Source: a virus. Taken from it: DNA of 64,000 bases. The position numbers were made by a program, and so were the translations under genes. Of the stretch, positions 7,964 through 16,922 are shown piece after piece; the stretch's first letter is position 1, and the number at the start of each line of letters is the position of its first letter. The notes beneath the pieces are model-generated. The model had not been told where the DNA came from, did not search any database, and saw nothing but the letters and a program-made list of their open reading frames with translations. The stretch lies in the IMG/VR virus record IMGVR_UViG_3300032288_005579, one strand, 5' to 3'.

Positions 7964-9685
7964 ATGGCAAACTTAGTTCAAAACCTATTGTCCGAATCTG
8001 CCCAAACCGCTTTTGCTGATCAGAATGGCGTAGCCTCAAGATTAGCTAAGAAGTGGCAGAAGTCCGGACTCCTCGAGGGTCTTCAGGACTACGATAAGAC
8101 TGGCATGGCTGTCCTTTTGGAAAACCAAGCTAAGCAACTCGTAGTTGAAAACTCTCAAACCAACGGCGGCTTAAACGCTGGTGGTGCAACATTTACAGCA
8201 GGCACTGGCGAACAGTGGGCTGGTGTAGCTCTTCCGCTCGTGCGCAAGATCCTTGGTCAAATCTCTGCAAAAGAGTTCGTTAGCGTTCAGCCTATGAACC
8301 TTCCTGCGGGTCTGGTATTCTACCTCGACTTCCAGTACGGAGACACCAAGCGTCCTTTCACTACTGGAGATTCTCTCTACGGTAATGCAACCGCAAACTT
8401 CGGTAACGACAAAGCCGGTGCCCTTTACGGCGCTGGAAGATTCGGATACTCGTTGAACCAGTTCTCTGCATCCCTGTCGTCATCCAACCTTACGGCTTTC
8501 GGATCGGCTTCAGCTACATGGGACGAAGTTCGTTTCGATACAGCTTATTCAGCTTCTATCGTAAACAAGAGCATCACCAAATTCACAGTTCCTACTGCTT
8601 CTCTGTCTGCTTCTTTTAATGCACTCGGTGTAAGAGCGTTCATATTTACCACGGCTTCTTCGCCTGTAGGTACAACTAACGCAACTATCGGTGTCGCAGA
8701 TAACCTACAGCAGTTCACTAACATCTCTGCTTCCGTTGGTGGGGAATACATCGAATTCTTCATTAACAAAGCCATCGGCGGTGGTGGTAGCCACGCAAGT
8801 TCCGGCGTAAACAACACTTACGCTGTGTTCTTCAACAAGTCTACCGACTTCAACACTCGTGGTGATTTCGAAGATCGCACTGGCAACCCTTCCGTACCGA
8901 ACCAAGCTTCCGCAACATCTATCGTTATCCCAGAGATCAACGTACAGATGAAGTCTCAGACTGTGTCTGCAAAGACCCGCAAACTGAAGGCTCAGTGGAC
9001 GCCTGAATTCGCTCAGGACCTGAACGCTTACCACTCTCTCGACGCAGAAGCCGAATTGACCGGTATCCTCTCCGAGCACATCTCTCTTGAGATCGACCTC
9101 GAAGTTCTGGATATGTTGATCTCTCAGGCCCCTACAGTTGAGACTTGGTCCGCTACCGTTGGTAAACAAATCGACGCGGCAGGTACAGCGTTTAACCTGA
9201 ACACAAGCGGTGTATACTACACCCAGATGACCTGGTTCCAGACTCTCGGCATCAAACTGCAGAAAGTTAGCAACATCATCCACCAGAGAACTCTGCGTGG
9301 CGGTGCTAACTTCATGGTTGTTTCTCCGACCGTTGCTACCATACTCGAGTCCATCCCTGGATTCGCTGCTGATACAGACGGCGCAGCTGACAACATGAAG
9401 TACGCTTTCGGTGTGCAGAAAATCGGCGCTCTGAACAGCCGCTACAAAGTGTACAAAAACCCTTACATGACTGAGAACGTAATCCTTCTTGGTCTGAAAG
9501 GCTCCGCATTCCTAGAGTGTGGTGCAGTGTACGCCCCGTACGTGCCGCTGATCATGACGCCTCTTGTGTACGATCCTAATACCTTCACCCCTCGTAAAGG
9601 TATCATGACTCGCTACGCAATGACGATGCTGCGTCCTGAATTCTACGGCTTAGTACTCGTATCAGATCTGACTACAGCTCTCTGA
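7964..9685 (+). CDS. gp23: Major capsid protein, T4 gp23-like
   Basis: VSVQPMNLPAGLVFYL, KTRKLKAQWTPEFAQDLNAYHSLDAEAELTGILSEHISLEID, YAPYVPL and FTPRKGIMTRY match gp23 motifs. Biased codon usage suggests high expression. Confidence 0.96.
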   Translation: MANLVQNLLSESAQTAFADQNGVASRLAKKWQKSGLLEGLQDYDKTGMAVLLENQAKQLVVENSQTNGGLNAGGATFTAGTGEQWAGVALPLVRKILGQISAKEFVSVQPMNLPAGLVFYLDFQYGDTKRPFTTGDSLYGNATANFGNDKAGALYGAGRFGYSLNQFSASLSSSNLTAFGSASATWDEVRFDTAYSASIVNKSITKFTVPTASLSASFNALGVRAFIFTTASSPVGTTNATIGVADNLQQFTNISASVGGEYIEFFINKAIGGGGSHASSGVNNTYAVFFNKSTDFNTRGDFEDRTGNPSVPNQASATSIVIPEINVQMKSQTVSAKTRKLKAQWTPEFAQDLNAYHSLDAEAELTGILSEHISLEIDLEVLDMLISQAPTVETWSATVGKQIDAAGTAFNLNTSGVYYTQMTWFQTLGIKLQKVSNIIHQRTLRGGANFMVVSPTVATILESIPGFAADTDGAADNMKYAFGVQKIGALNSRYKVYKNPYMTENVILLGLKGSAFLECGAVYAPYVPLIMTPLVYDPNTFTPRKGIMTRYAMTMLRPEFYGLVLVSDLTTAL

Positions 9686-9702
9686 TAAAGCGCTACAGCT
9701 AA

Positions 9703-9737
9703 AATAAAAAGCCCGCCCGTAAGCGGGCTTTTTTATT
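9703..9737 (+). terminator. Rho-independent terminator after the capsid gene
   Basis: AATAAAAAGCCCGC-CCGTAA-GCGGGCTTTTTTATT: GC stem plus U-tract, with an A-tract upstream (possibly bidirectional). Confidence 0.92.
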
Positions 9738-9751
9738 GTCTCTGGTGAGCA

Positions 9752-9759
9752 TATTTATA
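9752..9759 (+). promoter_or_regulatory. TATTTATA motif
   Basis: Just after the terminator and 16 nt upstream of GTG 9776. Confidence 0.7.
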
Positions 9760-9775
9760 CAAAAGAAAAATACAA

Positions 9776-10942
9776 GTGGCAAATCCAGCAATATACGACG
9801 GCACACCAATACAAATATCAGGATCTACCCCGTTTGGATTCTATGATAACGATGCGTCATTTCAAAATGACGGTCCAAAAGTAGCAAATTATGTAGCAAG
9901 AAAATTGGGTTACGGGGTCATGGACGTTGAATTGGACGACATGAACATCTATGCTTGTTTCGAAGAAGCTGTTTCCATCTATTCAGAGGAGTTGTACCAA
10001 TTAAAAATAAAGGACAACTACATAAACATAGAGGGATCTGCTACAGCTTCGTTGTTAAATAACACAGTCGTAACCCCGAATCTAAACAATGTCATAGCCA
10101 TATCAGACACTTACGGAACTATGGCCGGTGTTGGAGGAACTGTTGAATGGTATTCAGGATCCATCAATCTAATACCCGATCAACAAGTGTACGACATGCA
10201 ACAGTGGGCGATAGACAACGCTGGTTTACAGCCCAACGATAGGATCGTCATAAAGCGCATATTCTACGAATCTAATCCAGCGATCAACCAATACTACGAT
10301 CCGTACATCGGTGGTTCCATAAACTACCAAGGTGCAACGGAAAACTTCGGTTGGGCCTCGTACTCTCCCGGTCTAAACTTCGTTCTGTTCCCTATTTATT
10401 GGGACATCGCAAGGATACAGGAAATCGAGATGTCTAACCAAGTGAGACGCTCGGCCTTTACATTCGAACTAATAAACAACAAACTCAGAATTTTCCCGAA
10501 ACCCCAAGACGCTGGTTACGTTCTGTGGTTCCAATACTCCAAGCTCAGCGAGCAATCGAGCGCTGCGTCTTCTAGTTTTTACGGCACCAATCAAGGACTT
10601 GTAAGCAATCCTTCAAACGTACCTTACGGCACAATAACGTATTCGCAGATAAACCATCCTGGAAAACAGTGGATTTACGAATACACTCTCGCTCTTGCCA
10701 CTGAATTGTTAGGCATCATAAGAGGAAAGTATTCGACTGTTCCCATACCCGGAGCCGAAGTGACTCTAAACGGTGGAGATTTAGTGGGTCGCGGTAGAGA
10801 CGCTCAGACCGCATTGAGAGAAAAACTCAGAGGAGATTTTGAAGACATGAGTAGAAAAGCTCAATTAGAAAGAAAACAAACAGAAAATCAGGCTTTGAAT
10901 GATACGTTAGTGAACATACCTCTCGTAATTTACATAGGATAA
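9776..10942 (+). CDS. Neck/head-tail adaptor protein (gp13-like)
   Basis: RKLGYGVMDVELDD..I..CFEEAV at the N-terminus and WIYEYTLALATELLG.IRGKY...PG..VTLNG at the C-terminus resemble gp13-like necks. Follows the capsid gene. Confidence 0.75.
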   Translation: MANPAIYDGTPIQISGSTPFGFYDNDASFQNDGPKVANYVARKLGYGVMDVELDDMNIYACFEEAVSIYSEELYQLKIKDNYINIEGSATASLLNNTVVTPNLNNVIAISDTYGTMAGVGGTVEWYSGSINLIPDQQVYDMQQWAIDNAGLQPNDRIVIKRIFYESNPAINQYYDPYIGGSINYQGATENFGWASYSPGLNFVLFPIYWDIARIQEIEMSNQVRRSAFTFELINNKLRIFPKPQDAGYVLWFQYSKLSEQSSAASSSFYGTNQGLVSNPSNVPYGTITYSQINHPGKQWIYEYTLALATELLGIIRGKYSTVPIPGAEVTLNGGDLVGRGRDAQTALREKLRGDFEDMSRKAQLERKQTENQALNDTLVNIPLVIYIG

Positions 10943-11433
10943 TGGCGCTTTTTGGATCAACAAGAGACATATCGACTTTCAGAGGGATCTCAAGAGAACT
11001 CTTAGAAAACATAATATCGCAAAATTGTGGATACTATAAACTCAAATTGAGCGACAGCCCAGTGAACGTATACGGTGAAGCCCCCAAAAAATACTTCATC
11101 GGGCCTGTATTATTGACGTGTTTAATAGAGCGCGGAGATTTCACAACAGAGAGAGTTGATTACGGTCCTACTACAAAACGATCTAACGTATTTAGATTTT
11201 TAAAATACCATTTACAACAAGCTAACATACTCCCTGAAGTTGGAGACGTAATAATGTACAACGAAGAGTATTACGAAGTTGACAACGTTAACGAAAACCA
11301 ATTCATAGTGGGTAAAGATAACGATTTTGACTACGAACCTGGATTGGAGGAATTTGGTACGTCTTATTCTGTGATCTTAGAAACTCACCTCGCCAATGTA
11401 GATACTTTAGGAATAACTCAAGCTAGACTCTAA
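10942..11433 (+). CDS. Head completion/neck protein (gp14-like)
   Basis: Small beta-rich protein with NVYGE and PEVGDVI..N..YYEVDNV, in the head-closure position. Confidence 0.6.
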   Translation: MALFGSTRDISTFRGISRELLENIISQNCGYYKLKLSDSPVNVYGEAPKKYFIGPVLLTCLIERGDFTTERVDYGPTTKRSNVFRFLKYHLQQANILPEVGDVIMYNEEYYEVDNVNENQFIVGKDNDFDYEPGLEEFGTSYSVILETHLANVDTLGITQARL

Positions 11434-12710
11434 TGGCACAAAAAACAAGAGCAAGAAGTAGACAAGAATTCATGAGTAAGCTCAATGAGCCTTACGAGTT
11501 ATCCAATTATCCAAATCCCAATCAGGTATACACAGAACCCAAAAAAGCGGGAATGCCTGAAGTGAAGAGGTCTGAACAAATGTCGTCCAGAAAAGACGGC
11601 GATAAAGACTTTCACGTAGGAATCAAAGACATAGATGAGGCCGTAATGTACTATTTTAAAGAGGTTTTAAAATTGACTGTAGTGCAAAACGGAACCGCGA
11701 TTGTTGTGCCTGTCATATACGGAAACCAGGAAAACTGGAAGAGCGTTCAATTGGACGGCTTTTACAGGGACAAAGAGGGGAAACTTATGGCGCCTCTGTT
11801 GATGTTTAAGCGCGATTCTGTGGCGCAAAACAGAAACTTAGGAAACAAATTGGACGGCAACCATGTGACCAATCTCCAATACTTTCAAAAGAAATACTCC
11901 AAAACAAATTTTTACAGCAACTTTAACGTACTAACCAATAGATCACCTGAAACCGAATACAAAGTTTCAGTCACCCCCGATTACGTCACCGTGACATACA
12001 CATGTTCCATGTGGACGCAATACATGGAGCAAATGGATAATCTCATAGAAGCCGTGAACTTCGCATCCAGGAGTTACTGGGGTGATCCCAATCGATTCCA
12101 ATTCTATACGTCTATAGAGACATTCAATGACGCGACAGAGTACAATCAGGGAGATAACAGGTTCGTTAGAACAAACTTCAATATCACCATAAATGCGTAT
12201 TTGATACCTGATACCATAAACAAAAAGATAGCTAATTCCACTAAAGCGTTTGGTTTATCAAAACTGGTTTTTGGATTAGAGGCCTCAGATAGTCCTATAG
12301 ATAAAGTAACAGTTTCTAAGAGCTCTAAAGGAGGAAAACCTATGGGCTCTATAATAGCCGCAGATTCTACGAATACAAACATAACAAACAACGTAGCGAC
12401 CGCGTATTCTATATTGGCGTACGTGAATGCAAATGTCACCAAAAAGGCGACGTCTGTACCGGCTCCTCACATCGCAAGATTCGCAGGTTGCACAATACTC
12501 CAACCCCCGGATGGCTCTGGTTTACCGAGTACCACAGCTTACAGTTTCACGGTATTTATAAACGGACAATACGTTCCGTCATCCCAGATAACTATAATAG
12601 ATAACACAACGTACGTAGATTTTGTGTTCAATATAAGTCAAATAACTGGGGGTCTTGGTTATCGATTAGAGACAGACGATGAAGTCATAGCAGTAGGAAA
12701 ATGGGTTTAA
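11433..12710 (+). CDS. Tail terminator/sheath stabiliser (gp15-like) with a C-terminal beta domain
   Basis: VPVIYGNQENWKS, APLLMFKR and PDYVTVTYTCSMWTQYMEQMDNLIE resemble gp15-like proteins. Confidence 0.65.
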   Translation: MAQKTRARSRQEFMSKLNEPYELSNYPNPNQVYTEPKKAGMPEVKRSEQMSSRKDGDKDFHVGIKDIDEAVMYYFKEVLKLTVVQNGTAIVVPVIYGNQENWKSVQLDGFYRDKEGKLMAPLLMFKRDSVAQNRNLGNKLDGNHVTNLQYFQKKYSKTNFYSNFNVLTNRSPETEYKVSVTPDYVTVTYTCSMWTQYMEQMDNLIEAVNFASRSYWGDPNRFQFYTSIETFNDATEYNQGDNRFVRTNFNITINAYLIPDTINKKIANSTKAFGLSKLVFGLEASDSPIDKVTVSKSSKGGKPMGSIIAADSTNTNITNNVATAYSILAYVNANVTKKATSVPAPHIARFAGCTILQPPDGSGLPSTTAYSFTVFINGQYVPSSQITIIDNTTYVDFVFNISQITGGLGYRLETDDEVIAVGKWV

Positions 12711-12711
12711 C

Positions 12712-12939
12712 ATGGCAAGATTAAAACTAAAACAGGTACTATCAAATTTGCAGTACGACGCGACTGAAAATAAACTCATGCTCAGCGGCAGCAATAATTC
12801 TTCAGAGCCTGATTTTGTAATTACAGGATCTGTCTACATAAAAACTGACACGGTCACAAGCGGTTCTTTGACCATTCAGGGCGTAGATACTTTTGGAGAC
12901 TCCGGAAGCTTCTACACCATGGATCTGGGCGAATATTAA
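12712..12939 (+). CDS. Small virion protein with xGS motifs
   Basis: 75-aa ORF with LSGS, ITGS, TSGS and DSGS, the same motif style as the fibres. Confidence 0.6.
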   Translation: MARLKLKQVLSNLQYDATENKLMLSGSNNSSEPDFVITGSVYIKTDTVTSGSLTIQGVDTFGDSGSFYTMDLGEY

Positions 12940-12963
12940 AAATAGTTATTGGTAATTGTTTCA

Positions 12964-12971
12964 TATTTATA
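12964..12971 (+). promoter_or_regulatory. TATTTATA motif
   Basis: 53 nt upstream of ATG 13025. Confidence 0.6.
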
Positions 12972-13024
12972 GGTGGCTATATAGCCGCTATATTGTTGGT
13001 ACATACTAATTAGGAGCTAGACAC

Positions 13025-16000
13025 ATGTCAGATCAGTATTTAAAACTGCGTAGAAGTTCCGTGCCCGGAAAGGTGCCGGGGATAGAACAGCTAGAATTCG
13101 GTGAAATAGCTCTTAACACGTATGACGGACTAGCCTACATGAAAAAATCCGGTTCTGCCGGAGAAGAAATAATTCAAATAGGTGGTGTATCATCTAATAC
13201 TGGAAACTTTACAGGTTCATTTTCAGGATCCGTAGTAGGTCTTGGACAATTTACAGGATCCTTTTCAGGATCGCTTTCGGGATCTTTTTATGGATCAGCG
13301 TCTTATGCAGACACTGCGAGTTACGCTTTATCTGCATCTTATTTCTTAACATCATCGGTAACAAGCGCGTCTTACGCAAGAACTGCTTCTTACGTAAATC
13401 CGTTGTATCAAGACGTGCAGATAACCGGTTCGTTATACGTAACGCAATCCCATATATCTACCGTCGATTGGATAGATTTTACCATAGATCCCCAACCCGA
13501 TCCTCCCCACCTAGAAGGAAGAATACACTGGGATGTGGATAGAAAGACGTTAAAACTCGACACAGAGCAAGCAGATTTTAGCATCGATACCGGCCACGTC
13601 AACGTACTCAGGGGAAAGAACAACAACAGTTACGCTCTGACCCCCGGAATGGTCATATACATAGACGGAAACGCTGGACAGTTCGCAACCTTTACCACCG
13701 CCAGTTGGGAAAACGATCCAAATTCCGCTTATTCCATAGGTATCATACCGCAAACCATAAATCCGAACAACAGCGGCTACGCGATCATACAGGGCGAGAT
13801 AAGTGGAATAAACACGAACGCGTACCCTCCTGGCACCCTCCTTTACCTCTCAGCTTCTGGTCAATACACAGACCAAAAACCTCAGGCGCCCCTTCACACG
13901 GTTCGCTTGGGTCAAGTCGTGGTACAAGCCACAGACGGTAAACTGCAGGTAAAAATAGACAACGGATACGAGATAGACGAGCTTCACGACGTTCTTGTGA
14001 CAAACGCCACGCACGGAGACCTGTTGGTCAGAAGTGCAAGCATTTGGATAAACTCTAAACAACTCAGCGGATCCTACGGATTGACCGGAAGTTTCTCTAT
14101 ATCGGGATCTGGAATAATAGGAACTTCGAGTTTTGCTACGAGCGCGTCTTATGCTAGAACGGCTTCTTACGTTGACACTGCTCTCACCGCTTCTTACTTC
14201 ATAACGAGTTCGGTGACTTCTGCGTCTTATGCATCAACAGCGTCTTATGTAGTAAATGCATTAACTGCATCATATTTCATAACGTCTTCTGTCACAAGCG
14301 CTTCTTACGCTAGAACCGCGTCTTACGTTGACACTGCTCTAACTGCTTCATACTTCATAACATCATCAGTTACTAGCGCGTCTTACGCTAGAAGTTCATC
14401 TCTTGCGCAAACTGCGTCCTATTTCATTACGAGCTCTGTTACTAGTGCTTCATACGCAGCTACTGCATCTTATGTAGTAAACGCTCTTACCGCATCTTAT
14501 TTTATAACGAGCTCCGTAACAAGCGCTTCTTACGCTTCGACTGCATCGTATGTAGTAAATTCTCTCACCGCGTCATACTTCATTACGAGTTCAGTTACGT
14601 CTGCATCATACGCTAGAACCGCATCGTATGTAGATACGGCGTTAACAGCGTCTTACTTCATAACATCATCAGTCACCAGCGCTTCTTACGCAAGAAGTTC
14701 ATCTCTTGCTCAAACGGCTTCTTATTTCATAACAAGCTCTGTTACTAGCGCTTCATACGCAGCAACTGCGTCTTATGTAGTGAACGCTTTAACAGCTTCT
14801 TATTTTATAACATCGTCTGTAACTAGTGCATCGTACGCTGCGACCGCTTCTTTTGTAACAGGATCTTCATTTACATCTGCAAATCCTGTACTATCTTCGT
14901 CTTATGCATTGACATCGTCTTTTGCATGGACCGCATCAGTGGCTTTGAACGCAGTTGGATCAGTAGGCGGTAGTGGAACGGTAAACAGAATAAGCAAATT
15001 CGTAGGCGCCACTACACTGGGAAACAGTCAGATATTCGATGACGGCACGAATATACAAATAACTGGTTCTAGCATTATTTTTAGTGGTTCTAATTCTACA
15101 CTGAGGATCACAGGAAGTGTGATGTCCCTTGGAGGATTTACAGGAAGTCTTTTTGGAACGTCTAGTTGGGCGATAAACTCTCTAACAGCTTCGTATTTCC
15201 TAACTTCATCCGTCACCTCTGCATCATACGCACGAACCGCGTCTTACGTCGATACTGCTTTAACAGCATCGTACTTCATAACAAGTTCAGTAACTTCAGC
15301 GTCATATGCTAGAACAGCTTCCTATGTTGATACTGCTTTAACAGCATCTTACTTTATAACAAGTTCCGTAACTTCGGCTTCGTATGCTAGAACTGCATCT
15401 TACGTAGATACGGCATTAACGGCTTCTTACTTCATAACTAGTTCGGTAACTTCTGCGTCTTATGCAAGAAGTTCATCGCTTGCGCAAACAGCGTCTTATT
15501 TCATAACTTCTTCTGTTACAAGCGCGTCTTATGCAGCAACCGCTTCTTACGTAGTAAATGCTTTAACAGCTTCTTACTTCATAACGAGTTCAGTAACAAG
15601 CGCATCATACGCAGCAACTGCTTCTTACGTAACAAACGCTCTTACAGCGTCTTATTTCATAACGTCTTCCGTCACGAGCGCTTCATACGCTAGAACTGCG
15701 TCTTATGTAGATACCGCTTTAACAGCTTCATACTTTATAACAAGCTCTGTAACCAGCGCCTCATACGCTATAAGTTCTTCTTTAGCAGCAACCGCCTCTT
15801 ACATCACTGGATCCGCACTAAATTCCAGCAACTTAGCGCTATCTTCCTCTTATGCTATAACAGCGTCATACGCGCTCAATGCCGGAGGGGGTGGAGATAT
15901 TACTGTAGCCGATGAAGGTAACGCTCAAGGAGTAGCCACATTCTTAAATTTCCTAGGATCTGGTGTGACAGCAACAGTTGCATCAAGCACTGCAAGCATA

Positions 16001-16921
16001 ACAATAACTGGCGGTGGAGGCGATTCTTTCCCCTATACTGGTTCCGCGATAATAAGCGGAAGTTTAACAGTAACCGGGTCTCTATATGTTAGCGGTACGT
16101 TGTATGGAGATGGAAGCGGACTGACAAATCTTGGATTCGGAAACACAAGGAAACTGATTCAATCCACTCCAGCCACCACATGGTCGTTTGCTCACAACAT
16201 GGGCGAACAGTATCCTGCGGTAACGATATACGATTCTAACACGAATGTTATAGTCCCTGGTAGAATAGAGGCCGTGGATACTAATAACTTGAAAGTCTAT
16301 TTCGATATAGCGCAATCGGGTATAGCAGTAGCGGTAGTAGCGGGAAGAGTAGAGACAGGAAGTTTAGCGAAATTAGAACAAACCATAGCCGCAAATACCT
16401 GGTCGTTTGCTCACAACCTAGGATACAGATACGCCATCATAGACGTGTTTGATTCAGCTGGGGATGTATTAGTTCCTGGAAGGATAGAGACCATAGACGA
16501 AAACAATGCGAATATATATTTCACCATAGCTCAAACAGGAACAGCTGTGGCGATGGTCGGAGGTACGGCATTGACTTCGTCATACGCAAACACGATGACC
16601 ATAAACGGTACATCGTTGAGCACCCAAACCAATCCCGACGCAGACACTGGAACAGAAATTGTGGCCACAGTTTACACCGGATCCTATCAATCAGCCTTCT
16701 TTGATTACGTATTGAACGACGGAACCAATTTCAGAGCAGGCACGGTGATGTCAGTTTGGGATAATATAGGAACCGTTAAGTACAACGATAACTCAACAGA
16801 CGACATTGGAAACACTACCGGAGTCATATTTATTGTAGACATAAACGGAGACACCGCGCAATTAAAAGTGACCACAAACAGCAACAATTGGAACATAAAA
16901 ACATTCGTAAGAGCACTTTGA
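13025..16921 (+). CDS. Tail fibre protein 1 with Ser/Thr/Ala/Tyr tandem repeats
   Basis: N-terminus LKLRRSSVPGKVP...LEFGEIALNTYDGLAYMK resembles the T4 gp37-type N-terminus. It carries two repeat blocks and two TWSFAHNxG modules. AGGAG at 13012-13016 is a rare SD-like site in this window. Confidence 0.8.
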   Translation: MSDQYLKLRRSSVPGKVPGIEQLEFGEIALNTYDGLAYMKKSGSAGEEIIQIGGVSSNTGNFTGSFSGSVVGLGQFTGSFSGSLSGSFYGSASYADTASYALSASYFLTSSVTSASYARTASYVNPLYQDVQITGSLYVTQSHISTVDWIDFTIDPQPDPPHLEGRIHWDVDRKTLKLDTEQADFSIDTGHVNVLRGKNNNSYALTPGMVIYIDGNAGQFATFTTASWENDPNSAYSIGIIPQTINPNNSGYAIIQGEISGINTNAYPPGTLLYLSASGQYTDQKPQAPLHTVRLGQVVVQATDGKLQVKIDNGYEIDELHDVLVTNATHGDLLVRSASIWINSKQLSGSYGLTGSFSISGSGIIGTSSFATSASYARTASYVDTALTASYFITSSVTSASYASTASYVVNALTASYFITSSVTSASYARTASYVDTALTASYFITSSVTSASYARSSSLAQTASYFITSSVTSASYAATASYVVNALTASYFITSSVTSASYASTASYVVNSLTASYFITSSVTSASYARTASYVDTALTASYFITSSVTSASYARSSSLAQTASYFITSSVTSASYAATASYVVNALTASYFITSSVTSASYAATASFVTGSSFTSANPVLSSSYALTSSFAWTASVALNAVGSVGGSGTVNRISKFVGATTLGNSQIFDDGTNIQITGSSIIFSGSNSTLRITGSVMSLGGFTGSLFGTSSWAINSLTASYFLTSSVTSASYARTASYVDTALTASYFITSSVTSASYARTASYVDTALTASYFITSSVTSASYARTASYVDTALTASYFITSSVTSASYARSSSLAQTASYFITSSVTSASYAATASYVVNALTASYFITSSVTSASYAATASYVTNALTASYFITSSVTSASYARTASYVDTALTASYFITSSVTSASYAISSSLAATASYITGSALNSSNLALSSSYAITASYALNAGGGGDITVADEGNAQGVATFLNFLGSGVTATVASSTASITITGGGGDSFPYTGSAIISGSLTVTGSLYVSGTLYGDGSGLTNLGFGNTRKLIQSTPATTWSFAHNMGEQYPAVTIYDSNTNVIVPGRIEAVDTNNLKVYFDIAQSGIAVAVVAGRVETGSLAKLEQTIAANTWSFAHNLGYRYAIIDVFDSAGDVLVPGRIETIDENNANIYFTIAQTGTAVAMVGGTALTSSYANTMTINGTSLSTQTNPDADTGTEIVATVYTGSYQSAFFDYVLNDGTNFRAGTVMSVWDNIGTVKYNDNSTDDIGNTTGVIFIVDINGDTAQLKVTTNSNNWNIKTFVRAL
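14186..14857 (+). repeat. Coding tandem repeat block 1: nine 23-26-aa units TASYFITSSVTSASYA-(S/R/A)TASYV(VNAL/DTAL) or -RSSSLAQ
   Basis: Counted in the translation. Units follow an abcd-abcd-e higher-order pattern. Confidence 0.92.
15185..15802 (+). repeat. Coding tandem repeat block 2: eight units of the same repeat
   Basis: Counted in the translation. Confidence 0.92.
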
Positions 16922-16922
16922 T

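Noticed and set aside
12975-12986. Perfect palindrome GGCTATATAGCC after the late motif
   Set aside because: Single short occurrence with no loop or U-tract, plausible by chance.
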